DNA of 63,744 nt, filler included, from Octopus bimaculoides (GCF_001194135.2; 4 parts of 4 records of this genome joined end to end with filler, not necessarily neighbours in it), one strand, 5' to 3'; positions 12,252 through 24,725 are shown, counted from the first letter of the whole stretch. Numbers and translations are program-made. The notes: a model not told the origin generated them from the letters alone.

Positions 12252-12484
12252 TTATTTCTCTATTGCCCACAAGGGGCTAAACATATAGGGGACAAACAAA
12301 GACAGATAAAGGGGTTAAGTCGATTACATCGACCCCAGTGCGTAACTGGTACTTAATTTATCGACCCCGAAAGGATGAAAGGTAAAGTCGACCTTGGCGG
12401 GATTTGAACTCAGAACACAACGGCAGACGAAATACCGCGAAGCATTTCGCCCGGCGTGCTAACGTTTCTGCCAGCTCGCCGCCT
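12252..12484 (-). mobile_element. Full-length SINE family A with Tx1-like 3' tail
   Basis: Head AGGCGGCGAGCTGGCAGAAACGTTAGC, B-box GAGTTCAAATCC, central CCTTTCATCCTTTCGGGGTCGATAAA; tail TTTGTTTGTCCCCTATATGTTTAGCCCCTTGTGGGCAATAGAGAAAT. Confidence 0.85.
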
Positions 12485-13413
12485 GACTAACGAAAGATGT
12501 TGCGATTTTCATATCTATAATGTATGTAAGTCTGAGAAGCAGCAGAGTCGTTAGCAGTCAAGTCTTATGCACATCAGTTCGAGGTGAGTGTCGACAAATA
12601 AAGTACCAGCTCAGAGCGAGTGGATTAACGGAATTAAAGCGTTGTACAAGACACCCTATTGTACGTGTTTTGACTCTCAGCGTTCTTATCGCAACGTCTG
12701 CGACCTCACTGGTGGAAATATCGGTAGCTAGGAGAGGGGATATATATATATACATGAGCAATCACTGGTCATTTGTATAAAAATATCCCAAAAATAAATA
12801 TATATGTCTTGGCCTGCATCTCGGAGATATGTTCTACGTGACTTGTGTGTTGGATATATTTTACAGGAGTTGTATGTATTGTTTTCACGTATGTCAATAT
12901 GTCTATATTTCATGGGTATGCGTATATTTTTGTTATGCTTACATGCATTATGTATGTTTTTATCATGTTGAATATGTGTAAATCATAAAAAAAAAATAAT
13001 TTTACAAACGCCATGAGTACGAATGTGAAACGAGTAATACTCTTTTATAAGTATATGCATATGTTCATTAACTTTTGCAAAGAAAATTAATGAAAGCATT
13101 AACCCAGATCCAGGAATCAATCTTGCACTAGAGAAAATATTTGTAAAATCGTAAAATTATAAGTCAGTTCAAGCTCTTTCTCTGTATCGCTAACATTTCC
13201 CTTTCAAAATACAGATTACATCAAATTCAGTCTGTATTAGTTAATTTTCTATGACAGTTAATTTTTAATTCGTGGGTTTTATACCTCGTTAACTAAGCGT
13301 TTTTTTCTTCCCTGGTTGCTAAAGAACGTCATGCTTCTCACATTTCATCACCTTCATTTGACTTCCTCGATGCATTGCAACGGTGTTTTGGTCTGTTATT
13401 CTTGATTGTTTAA

Positions 13414-13690
13414 AGGCGCGTGGCATAGTGGTTAGGCGTGTTGCGCTCACGATCGGGAGATCGTGGTTTCGATTCCTAGACTGGGATGCGCATTTATGTT
13501 CTTGAGCAAAACACTTCATTTTACTTTGCTTCAGTCTTCTCAGCTCTAAATGGGCAACACTACGACGGACCGGCATTTCGATCAGGTGCAACATTGGCCT
13601 TCTACCTTAGCCAGCGGGATGGCATCACCGAAAGCGAAAATGACGCAAAAGCGCATTGTGACAGACCATGTATAACAACATCCGATCACG
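13414..13690 (+). mobile_element. tRNA-derived SINE family C
   Basis: A-box TGGCATAGTGGTTAGG, B-box GGTTTCGATTCC, TTGAGCAAAACACTTCAT motif shared with 941. Confidence 0.75.
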
Positions 13691-13715
13691 TGACCACGTA
13701 ATACTCGAATGTATT

Positions 13716-14081
13716 GTTGTTGGCACTCCGTCGCTTACGACGTCGAGGGTTCCAGTTGATCCAATCAACGGAACAGCCTGCTCGTGAAATTAATGTGCAA
13801 GTGGCTGAGCACTCCACAGACACGTGTACCCTTAACGTAGTTCTCGGGGATATTCAGCGTGACACAGTGTGACAAGGCTGACCCTTTGAATTACAGGCAC
13901 AACAGAAACAAGAAGTAAGAGAAATTGTGGTGAAAGAGTACAGCAGGGTTCGCCACCATCCTCTGCCGGAGCCTCGTGGAGCTTTAGGTGTTTTCGTTCA
14001 ATAAACACTCACAACGCCCGGTCTGAGAATCCTATGACCGCGAGTCCACTGCCCTTACCACTGGGCCATTGCGCCTCCATC
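13716..14081 (-). mobile_element. Full-length tRNA-derived SINE family B with 12-bp TSD
   Basis: Head GGAGGCGCAATGGCCCAGTGGTAAGG, (CAA)n end; TSD CTCGAATGTATT at 13704-13715 and 14082-14093. Confidence 0.9.
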
Positions 14082-14410
14082 CTCGAATGTATTACATTTT
14101 ATAGATAGTGCATCAGGCCCTTTTAGTTCAGCTACTTGTATTGTATGGTCATTAGACATTCCGATGCACAGTCCAGGTGAGTTTATCTAATCCAATGGAG
14201 GTTCAACGCTTTCTCTTTCGTAATCTGCTGTTCACAGCATTGTTTTGACGAAAAAAAGAGAAGAGTGTAAAGATGGAGAAAGAGAGAGAGAAAGATATTC
14301 ATCCATTTTATTAAATCGTCTTGTCCACTATGTACATCTAAAGAATAAGTAGCTGTACCTAAAATTTGTATAAATTCGTGAATGTATTAATGTTATTGAT
14401 TGTGTATGTG

Positions 14411-14447
<37 letters not shown>

Positions 14448-14556
14448 TGTGTGTCTGTGTGAGTGTGAGTGCGTATGTGTGAGTGAGCGTGTGTGTGTGT
14501 TTGTGTGTGTGTGTCTCTGTCTGTTTGTGTGAGTGTGTGTGCGTATGTGTGAGTGA

Positions 14557-14603
<47 letters not shown>

Positions 14604-14780
14604 CTAGTGCTTTTATGTATATGGTGTGTGTGTGTGCGTGTTTCCAAAAGTGAATGCCAGTTTTCTGTAAATTAATATGGAAATATTTCTACTCTTCGAA
14701 CCAAAACTTTTATAAAGTTGTTCGCAGAGGAAACCTCCTGGCGCGAGCAGTAATATATATTAAATATGTAATATATGTAA

Positions 14781-14931
14781 ATGCGCATCAGTGTGGTATG
14801 GTTCCGGGTTCAGTTCCACTGCGTGGGACTTTGGGGCGTGGGCAAGTGTCTTTTACTATAGCCTAGAGCTAACCAAAGCCTTATAAGTAGATTTGGTAGA
14901 CGGAAACTGAAAGAAGCCCGTCGTATTTATA

Positions 14932-14967
<36 letters not shown>

Positions 14968-15185
14968 TTTGTGTCTGTAGTTGTCTCCCGCACATCGCTT
15001 GACAACCGATGCTGGTATGTTTACGTCCCCGTAACCTAACGGTTCGGCAAAATTGACCGATAGAATAAGTACTAGCCTTACAAAGAATAAGTCCTGGGGT
15101 CGATTTGTTTGACTAAAACCCTTGAATGCGATGTTCCAGCATAGCCGTAGTCAAATGACTGAAACAAGTAAAAGAATAAAGTAAG
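14781..15185 (+). mobile_element. Composite SINE: tRNA-derived head with GGGCAAGT core-like motif (D), internal (TG)n, 3' part E
   Basis: GGTTCCGGGTTCAGTTCC B-box, GGGCAAGTGTCTT, GGTAGACGGAAACTGAAAGAAGCCCGTCG, (TG)n, then ...GACTGAAACAAGTAAAAGAATAAA. Confidence 0.8.
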
Positions 15186-15705
15186 AATAAACACCTCAAC
15201 TCATTATCGATCAGCTGCAACTCATTAACGCCATTCCATCATCCTACCCACTCAACATCCACACCTACACGCTTATACACATAATAAACAGGCGAAACTG
15301 TTGCAAAGAGACGCGTAAAGCTTACTACATACAAAATCAATGATTAACTGATTGGAGACACGTCATGTGAAAGGTTACGTTCCCGGATTCATCAACAAAC
15401 AGTTTTTAGAGCTAACCAGTTTAAAGACGACACTACCCTTGCTAAATATAGCGGTCAAATCCTCCTTAAATCATACACTATAATATCAAAGAAATATAAA
15501 AAAAAAGAATGACATATTGGATACTGTAGGCCTGTATAGATCGTGGCATAGAAAAAGGCGGAATGTCCATAGCTAGAATGTCTTTGAACTCCCGGATCAG
15601 AGCTAACTTGGGGTTAAACAACTAGAACTTGTTTCTGACCTTATGTAAAATCTGGCGTTATGTAAAAACCTTAAGTTACTGAATAAACACGGCTTCTCCA
15701 ATATT

Positions 15706-15847
15706 CTTTTCTACTCGAAATTTTGGGGGAGGGGGCCAGTCGATTAGATCGACCCCAGTAGGCAACTGGTACTTTTATCGACACCGAAAGGATAAAAAGC
15801 AAAGTCAACCTCGGCGGAATTTGAACTCAGAACGTAAAGACAGACGA
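15706..15847 (-). mobile_element. 5'-truncated SINE family A (tail type 2) with 17-bp TSD
   Basis: TSD ACGGCTTCTCCAATATT at 15689-15705 and 15848-15864; tail ...CCCCCTCCCCCAAAATTTCGAGTAGAAAAG differs from 12252. Confidence 0.85.
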
Positions 15848-17590
15848 ACGGCTTCTCCAATATTACCTTTGAAATTTGTATAATTATGCCACTGTCACTA
15901 TCACCGCAGCAAACACTACTGTTATTGTTGCTGTTTTTGCTAGTGATGATTGTGATGATGGTGGTGATGGTAGTGTTTCAATACAGGGCAAAATCTGACT
16001 GAGCAGAGGTATGACCAAAGTCTTTCCGGCCGCAACCATTCCAATTTTTATAAACCATGTGTATGTAAGACTACTCAATGTGTCCTTCCCTTTCTTAGGG
16101 ATATTTAGCTGTCATTTCTAGTAGTCAGAGAGACTTAAAGAGATTCCACTCGATGGATCATATTGCTTGTGTTATAGTTGTTTAACCCCAGATCAGCTGT
16201 GACCGAACAGCCCTGTAATCAAAAAGCATTCCAATCATGACACCTTAACTAATGTGACCATTGTGCTTCAGTATGATAGGGTGTAATGGGGAAAGGAACA
16301 GATTTAGCTTCTGTTTCTAAGCGATGAAGTGATAACTTGGAGATTCCTTAATGGTGTTGTTCTTTGTATTTTTGATGGCAATGGTGTTGGTGGTGATGCT
16401 CTTTAATTTTGACTGAAATTTACTTTCCATTGCAAACATCATTACGATTTTCATTTGCATTTTTAAGATGCGAGGTCAACAGTTTACTGCATGGAGAAGT
16501 ATCTAATTACACACACAGCCTTTATCTCTACGATACATCGTACTTTATCCTTTTGAATATCGTCATATTTCTTCTACTATAACCTTACATAATGCCATCT
16601 GAGTACTTTCATTTTTCTTTCTTTTTATGTTAAATCTCAATGGAAAAAGCTATAATCATATCTACAAAGAATTTAATGAAAAAAAAGAGGTTACGAATTG
16701 AGTTTATCGGAAGTTAATTAGAAACAGGCGTTTACTTAGTGAAATAATTTCAGTTTAGAACAAACGTTTACCAGTTTACCCATGTATCAGTGTCGTCTGC
16801 CAATGATTAAGTTTCATCTAATCTATGAATTTTTTATGCTGTCTGATGAAACAAAATCACAACAACGAGGGAACCACAGTGTGGTCGCTCAATATCCTAG
16901 AGATAGTAGCCAAATCTGCCTTACAAAAGAAGGGAGACTCATTGAATAATGTTTGAAATGATGGGATAATCGTAACTAGAATGCCTTTGATCATAGATTT
17001 GCTTGGCTAGGTTTATCCGGCGCTAGGTAATAATAATAACTATTGGGAAATTACATTGTTCATATTTAGTGTCGATATATCCTACAGTTTAATAATGTTA
17101 TAGTTTAATTATAGTTTGCTTATCATTCGACTTAGCAATATAGCAATATATTCTAATGTATTTAAACAAATGTATTTTCATCAAAACCACTTACAACATT
17201 CATTAATCATATGCTTGTGGAACCTGCTTGAAGATACGATGTTATGTCAGGAATTTTAAGCTAAAAGAAACTCGTTAATTTTATGATGTTGCCGAAGCCT
17301 ATATTACATTGATATATCTACTTAGAGATTTGAAATATCTTGACAAAAATCGAACCTATATAATTTTAACTTGCTAGACGAGTGAGTGTGCTATGTATAC
17401 TGTACACACTAACGTACACACACATGCACTACAATGTTTTTGTGTGATTTGTAGGAGGGAGGGGATTCTCAGCAATAAAGTAGTAGAAGCTTCTAACTGG
17501 GAGATGTAGTCAAATAAAGTGATTTATCTAAAATATTTATCTTCCAATGAGATACTCTGAGTAAGAAGTTCATATATATATATATATATA

Positions 17591-17757
17591 TATTCTCAAA
17601 CGCAGGATAATGCTAATAATATAGCATGAACAGGATAAACTACCCATATTTTGCAGAGAAATGTCTCACTGCTGGCCGCCGACATATTTTTCTGTAAAAT
17701 ATGGGTAGTTTATCCTGTTTATGCTATATTATTAGCATTACCCTACGTTTGAGAATA
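17591..17757. repeat. Near-perfect 167-bp hairpin (MITE/foldback-like)
   Basis: About 75-bp arms TATTCTCAAACG...GAAATGTC and GACAT...CGTTTGAGAATA, 5 transitions plus a 2-nt indel, 15-nt loop. Confidence 0.85.
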
Positions 17758-17819
17758 AAAATTACTTCCTTAACTTTCTAGACATCTCAACACTTCTAAA
17801 GTAAATTTTGTTTACTTTT

Positions 17820-17856
<37 letters not shown>

Positions 17857-17860
<4 letters not shown>

Positions 17861-17930
17861 GAATAAAATCATAATTAATTGATCCTCCTGTATTTTACCC
17901 AAAGCCAGGAACTTTTCAGCCCACCCCTAT
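17857..17930 (+). mobile_element. mariner-type element 3' end/TIR fragment
   Basis: TTTTACCCAAAGCCAGGAACTTTTCAGCCCACCCC matches the TIR region of 24726-24946. Confidence 0.55.
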
Positions 17931-17935
17931 TCCTG

Positions 17936-18001
<66 letters not shown>

Positions 18002-19699
18002 AGTATGTGTGTATGTATGTATCTTGGGTATGGTAGATGAGTTCAGCAAAAATTTAGATTCAGATGAATATGGTACTTAAGTTGAGGCACCAGAATACAG
18101 TACGGTATTATCCATACAATTTCAAAGTAAGGTGATTAAAATCAAAATAAGCAATAAGGATATCCAGAGGTAATGCAGTACGATCGTTTCATGCAACTCC
18201 ATTTAATTGAACAATGCAATTATTACATCAATTTAAAATGCAGAGCAATCTTCAGCTGCACAAAGACGTAGAATTTAATTAAATTAGAACAGATGGACAC
18301 ATTAGTATAATTATACCTAAAATCTCCAAGAAATTAAGGAAATAGACAAAGAACATGCTATCTTAATCCAGTTTAGAAGTTACTGAATTTTCAAGAAGAT
18401 ATACAGTGTTACAGACTCTGCCTGTCACTGATCTTTTGTTTTTATGGGGTCAGTTTAATTTTATAGACTAGTTTATCAAACCACTTGTATATCTAAGGCT
18501 GAGCTAACAGAGGGCAGTATTTGTTAGGGGTAGGGCTGAGGGAGCAGACAGACATCATACTTGGTATAGTCATAAAAATCAAGATTTATTAGAAGTAATA
18601 TCATGAGGTTTGGTAAGAGAAAACTTAAAACAAGATGTTAGCTGACAACTAAGGGGGTCGCCCACTAGCAGAACATTGATAATGAAACAGGGGAAGTCTT
18701 ATCATGTAGTACTAAAGTTAAATATTTTAAACAATGTTGCTATATTATATACAGTTAAAGTTTAGGGTTATTCAAAGGATTATTTAGAAGAATATTATAA
18801 CAAAAGGATAGAAATTTATGAATACTTTTGGGGATATGCCAAACTTTTACCACAATAGAGGGAGGAAAAGAAATCTAGAAATAGTTTAATATTTATACAT
18901 ATTGTACACTTAAATACTAACTCATCAGATGGTATCTGTGAATATTGATTAATTGGTATATACTGGTATTAATAAAGGAGTATTGAGATAAAGGAACATG
19001 CTAATTATATATTAATAAAATTTTAATCTAAGCAGTATTTTTTTATTAGTGAATATACCAGTATAGTTTTATATAAGCTAAGTGTGAATTTATAGAGATA
19101 CAAAAATTAGATTAGTTTTATAAATAAATAAAGGCTAATTATAAAATAATAAAGAAAGAAATAAAATAATCAAGATGGGCAGAACACCATAGAAAAAGAA
19201 ATAAAATAGCTTAATTACTAATGCTATGGTAAAGTATATGTAGCTTGTTAACACCAATAGAGAAGATTTTTAGAAAAAGTATAATAATTCAAAATATATT
19301 AGACTAAAAATTATATATTTACTTATTTAGCTGATATCAATAAAAGACCTATGTCTGGTATTGGCTAAAGGAATATATAAGTTATGAAACAATCATATTT
19401 TACACTATTCTTTTTTTATACTATTCTTTTTTTTTTAAACTAAGGGTTATATTATAAGTTTAAGAAGTTATCATTGTTACTCCCTACATGATATTTATAG
19501 TTTCTTAGTGGTACTTGTTTAGAAGGGTTCAAGTATTCAAAATTAAAAATTGTTTATTTACTTAATTAGCTTGTGTCTATAATCACTGATACCCAATATT
19601 AACTAAAGGAAAAATTAATGCTGTAGGGCATGCTACCTATGCACTGATTTTAAACTAAGAGGTACATTATAGGTTTTAAAACTCAAGATCAATAAAGTG

Positions 19700-20098
19700 C
19701 TACTTTCTAAAATATTTGAAGGTACGGGTGGCATTATGTACACATGATACCCTAAGGTCTAATCGATTATTAATCAGGTTGCCATAATCTTTATGCTTAA
19801 AAATTTCATATGTTTCCATAGAACACAGTTCACACCCATATCTGCTATTTCTATAAGGCTGAGCTTTTCTTATTATTTCCCATTTGAGGCTAAACTCAAT
19901 TCCACTTTCTTTCAATTCCCAAATCTTGCTGGATAATTACGAACAATTCGCCTTATGTTTAAGTTTAAAGGACGACACGTGATTGTATATACGCTGTTTC
20001 AAATTTATCGAACAACCGAAGTAAATATAATTATTAGTTGTAGTTATTATTGTGCATTTATATACTACGTTTCGGGTAAGACATCGGCCTAATAACGG
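19700..20098 (-). pseudogene. Penelope-like element GIY-YIG endonuclease remnant
   Basis: CPLLGRCLTRNVVYKC...YIYFG...KQRIYNHVSSF...LSSKIWELK...KWEIIRKAQPY...CELCSME...LINNR; one in-frame stop. Confidence 0.85.
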
Positions 20099-20209
20099 AC
20101 ATACATATATATATGTACGTACACACACACACACACACATATATATGTATGTATGTATGTATACGTACACACATATATATAGATATACGCACACATATAT
20201 ATGTGTCTT

Positions 20210-20236
<27 letters not shown>

Positions 20237-20240
<4 letters not shown>

Positions 20241-20350
20241 GCTCATGGCTTAGTGGTTAGGATGCTGCACTCACGATCCAGCACGATCCAACGTGATTTC
20301 AATTACTAGCCGAGTGGGGTGTTGTGTTCTTGAGCGAAGCACTTCATCGC
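20237..20350 (+). mobile_element. SINE family C head fragment
   Basis: GGCTTAGTGGTTAGGATGCTGCACTCACGATC...TTGAGCGAAGCACTTCATC. Confidence 0.65.
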
Positions 20351-20479
20351 CATGGGCTACCTCCAGCTTTGTTTTCAATTTTTGGTGACAAATTTTGCAC
20401 AGAATTTTATCAAGGCCATCAACAACCATCTCAACAGGCAGAACATTAGTGGGAATAGGAAAAGTCCAATATTACCCGG

Positions 20480-20895
20480 AAATGAGAAAAGAAAGCAGAT
20501 GGTAAAGTTTGCGGAGTATGTATTTTTGGCACTGCAATCTGATTTATTTTCATCACTGTACGATCGGAATTCAAATCTTGTGGACTGGAAGAATCGCAAG
20601 AGAATCGGACAAAATAACTTGTGGTAGTTGAATATCACTTTTTGCGTTTTGAATTCAAATCCTATCGAAATATACTTTGCTCTAACAAGAAATGTCTAAT
20701 GAATTTTGGATGCTTTAAAACTGGCGCGGATATTTTCTCACTAGAAATGAAATTTCTAAAAAGCATACACTTCCAGAAAATCCCAGTTTCCGCAACGTTG
20801 TACAATTGTCCTGGTGTTATAACCGCTTTCAGTAATTATTTCCTTTAGCTCATCTGGCTTCGACACCATAACAGCAACATGTACATCAGCAGTAA
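20480..20895 (-). pseudogene. pogo/Tigger-like DDE transposase remnant
   Basis: ELKEIITESGYNT/GQLYNVAETGIFWKC...SEKISAP resembles the pogo first-D block (QIFNxDETGLFWK); frameshifted. Confidence 0.65.
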
Positions 20896-21168
20896 CACGA
20901 GTGCTTATATACATCACAAACCTATACGAGAGGTTCTCTCATGGTAAATAACGCAGTTATTGAACTTTACACGATCGAGAAAAAATTTTAAATTTTCCAA
21001 TTTTGATATAATTTTATCAAATTGTGGTTTAGATGATCTTTTATTATAGAAGTCTTCTACTGTTGAATTCGACCAGAAAACTAATTTAGTCTGCTCAGAA
21101 ATAGTAGGCCTTTTTTAAAGTCTTACATTTATATATCTTTCCTTCTGTTCTGTTTCCTGACAACGCTC

Positions 21169-21215
<47 letters not shown>

Positions 21216-22016
21216 CTTCCTCTGTCTCCTCTCCATTTCTTTGCTTGCCGCCTCATTCCTATTACTCTTCCTCTTTAGCCTTATAACTTTTCCTTTCTCA
21301 TACTTATCTCATCCTTTTTCAACGTCCTTCCTCCACCCATTCTCTTCTCCCCCTCACACACTAAATTTGTATCCCTTCTCCTGTTATTTCACTGAATATT
21401 TTCCGCCTTTCACCCGCACACTGTTACATATATTTTCTTTCCTTGCAAACGCTGTCTTTCTCCACTCTCTATCCTTCCCTTTCCCCTTTCCCCCTCTTCT
21501 TTTCTCCCCACACTACTCCCTCTCTCTCTCATCCTCTCTCTCTCTCTCATCCTCTCTCTCTCTCATCCTCTCTCTCTCTCATCCTCTCTCTCTCTCATCC
21601 TCTCTCTCTCTCATGCTCTCTCTGTCACTTTCTACCGCCTCTGTGCAATTGTCTTCACTAAAAATAAGAGATGCATGACAGACTGGCGAGGGCATCTCAA
21701 GAAGAGATTAATCTACTTCAGAACAATACACTTGACTAGCATTCAGGTGCCAATAGGTAACCATCATCAAATAGACAGAATATGCTGACAAATATCTCAA
21801 TCAAATAATAGTCAGATACGAACACTAACAGCAATGTAGAGGAATGCGCGAGAAAAAGTTTTCAAACCAGGAACAAGTCTGTAAAATGATTAACAATGTA
21901 TACTAATTTCAATGACTTACAAAAACAGGCTGTCCTGTCTTTAATTCTCACTACGCAGTGCAGGGAGTCCCTTTGAAAAATATTTACAGACGCTACAAAC
22001 CTTAGAGACAGCTAAC

Positions 22017-22224
22017 TGAATCGAATGTCTGTGTTGCTTTGAGGGGAAGGTATACGAGCAAAACTGCAATCTCTCCACTAATATTCATAGGTATTTCGAT
22101 GTTGTACACACAGAAAACAGTTTCCTGGAAAATATCGTTCATATAAGTAATGCGATGGCATCGACTTCTCTCGATTCCAGAGAAATCAAAGCTGCAGGAT
22201 TTATTTAGTCTTACATCGCAATAA
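22017..22224 (-). CDS. Candidate internal exon, Cys-containing, weakly CUB-like
   Basis: Acceptor TTGTTTGCTTGTACGCAG; only one frame is open (YCDVRLNKSCSFDFSG...FCVYNIEIPMNISGEIAVLLVYLPLK); weak donor GTTAGC. Confidence 0.3.
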
Positions 22225-22321
22225 CTGCGTACAAGCAAACAAGACACATGCAAGTAGAAAACCGTCCAGGAGGCGATGTTAATGCTAGTGTGAGTGTGTG
22301 TGCGTGTGTGTGTGTCTCTTT

Positions 22322-23214
22322 CAAGAGAAATAATTTTCTTAGTATTATTAACCTGGAAAAGTAGAGGACAAGTTATAATACTTGGAAAAGTTCAGGACAA
22401 GTCATTACATGTAGTAAAGTACAGAACAAGAAACTTTTTACTTAAAATATTGCGGCTAAGAATAAAATTTGAATATTAGAAATTATTTGGTTTTAATTTA
22501 CAAAGTAACATTATAATTTAAAAAAGGTACCGTCATTTTGTTAAAATATTGACACACTAGAATACTTAAAAAATGAGAGCCAGAAGTACCAATATAGCTG
22601 TACTCTTTCACCATAACTTTCTCTCACTCTTTCTTCCTGTTTCTGTTGTGCCTGTAATTCAAGGGGCCAGCCTTGTCGCACTGTGCCACGCTGAATATCC
22701 CCGAGAACTACGTTAAGGGTACACGTGTCTGTGGAGTGCTCAGCCACTTGCACGTTAATTTCACGAGCAGGCTGTTCCGTTGATCGGATCAACTGGAACC
22801 CTCGACGTCGTAAGCGACGGAGTGCCAACAACAACATTATTTATGTACTACTGTTATTATGTACTACTATTATTTATGCACTACTATTATTTTTTATAAC
22901 CTATTTTCAAATTTCTAATTGATATTTTTAAAGTGCAAAAAATATTTTAATTGAGTTTTTATTTTTATTTTTAATAGAAGTAACAAGAAATAGAAGTAAT
23001 AACTTGTAATAAAATTTTTAGTTTTAATTAAAGCTAATATTTTCTAAATCTAAATATTTTATTTGAAATTTTATCCTTAGCTGCAATATTCTAAGTAAAA
23101 ATCTTCTTGTTCTGTACTTTACCATATGTAATAATTTGTCCTGAACTTTTCCAAGTATAATAACTTGTCCTCTACTTTTCCAGGTTTATAATGTTAAGAA
23201 TATTATTTCTCTTG
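22322..23214. mobile_element. Non-autonomous TIR/foldback element with ~150-bp inverted arms
   Basis: 22322-22475 is the reverse complement of about 23060-23214 (by eye ~85-90% identical); AT-rich interior interrupted by a SINE B. Confidence 0.75.
22598..22832 (+). mobile_element. SINE family B, 5'-truncated, nested in the TIR element
   Basis: Reverse complement of about 13716-13950; ends GGAGTGCCAACAACAAC. Confidence 0.85.
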
Positions 23215-23349
23215 CTTGCATTTTACCATGTAATCCATTGTTTTTTTTTTCCAGGCTATGCTATTATGCGCATTAATAATTTGTAAATTAATAATTTAAG
23301 TTTTTACCTTATTGAAAATTGAATAATAAATTTAAGGTGTGTGTTGTGT

Positions 23350-23404
<55 letters not shown>

Positions 23405-23489
23405 TGAGAGAGAGAGAGAGAGAGAAGGTATGTGTTGTTGTTTTCTGTAGGTGTGTGTGTTTGTGAGGGAGAAAGAGAGTGACAGCGTA

Positions 23490-24170
23490 CATTTTTATTA
23501 TTTTTCCTCACATCAGGAAACTACTACTTTCAAAAACAAACGTTGCAAAGCGTTTTGAGTGGAGTAAAAGCCTACAGAATTGGTCCTTGATCCCTAGAGC
23601 AGTGGAAGAAAGTCATTTTCTCGGACGAGTCATCCTTTACCTTATTTCCGACCACCGGCCAAGTATACATGTGGAGACAGCTAAAAGATGCATCTGACCC
23701 AGACTGCCTTCTTCCAACTGTTAAACATGGAGGAGGATTTGTGATGATCGGAGGTGGGGAGGGCTATATTTTGGGAATCCGCCGGCCCAATGGTTTCCCT
23801 TCATGGCAGAATTAATAGTCAAGTTCAAGACTATTTAAGCATTTAATCTGATCAAATTCATCCTATGGTTGCGGAACTATTTCCGGAGGGAAACGCAAAC
23901 TTTCAGGATGATAATGCACTAATCCACACAGCTAGAGTTGTTACTGAATGGCATGAGGAACATTCTAGTGAAGTTGAACATCTTATCTGGCCACCACAGT
24001 CCCCAGATCTCAATATTATTGAACATTTATGGTGCATTTTATAGAAACAAGTAAGGAGTCGATATCCTCCACCATCATCACTATAAGAACTGGAGACTGT
24101 TTTAGCTGAAGAATGGACAAAAATTCCTTTGGAAACAATTCAAACTTTGTACGAGACTATACCTCATAGA
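23490..24170 (+). pseudogene. Tc1-like DD34E transposase remnant
   Basis: KVIFSDESSF...PTVKHGGG...FQDDNALIH...WPPQSPDLNIIEHLW; stops and frameshifts. Confidence 0.9.
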
Positions 24171-24186
24171 AATATATATATATATA

Positions 24187-24286
24187 NNNNNNNNNNNNNN
24201 NNNNNNNNNNNNNNNNNNNNNNNNNNNNNNTTAATTAATTAANNNNNNNNNNNNNNNNNNNNNNNNNNNNNNNNNNNNNNNNNNNN
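24187..24286. other. Artificial scaffold linker N44-TTAATTAATTAA-N44
   Basis: Exactly 100 bp; stop codons in all six frames; identical at 48226-48325 and 56892-56991. Confidence 0.95.
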
Positions 24287-24520
24287 CATAAAAGACACCA
24301 TTTCGAGCGTGGCCGTTTTCGTGCGGGTGACACGTAAAAGCACCCACTACACTCTCTGAGTGGTTGGCGTTAGGAAGGGCATCCAGCTGTAGAAACTCTG
24401 CCAAATCAGACTGGAGCCTGGTGTTGCCATCCGGTTTCACCAGTCCTCAGTCAAATCGTCCAACCCATGCTAGCATGGAAAGCGGACGTTAAACGATGAT
24501 GATGATGATGATGATGATAT
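24287..24520 (+). mobile_element. RTE-clade LINE 3' UTR with (GAT)n tail
   Basis: AGGAAGGGCATCCAGCTGTAGAAA...GCATGGAAAGCGGACGTTAAAC(GAT)n, same as the end of the RT-bearing copy at 44440-44590. Confidence 0.85.
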
Positions 24521-24725
24521 ATATGTATATATACATATATTTTCTTTTAATTATTTTTCTATGAAGTTAATACAATGTAAGTTAGAAAAAATAATACAGG
24601 TTGATGGTTCGTACTTCTCCCTGGTATCTCTCAGGGGTAGGTAACCATCTCCAGGAAATTTACAGGAAAAAGGGGTTAATGGACAATGTTTCATGAAAAC
24701 TATACTGCTTTTATATATACATGCA

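Noticed and set aside
18040-19450. Possible Penelope RT body next to the GIY-YIG remnant
   Set aside because: Very AT-rich, stops in all frames I tried, no RT motif recovered.
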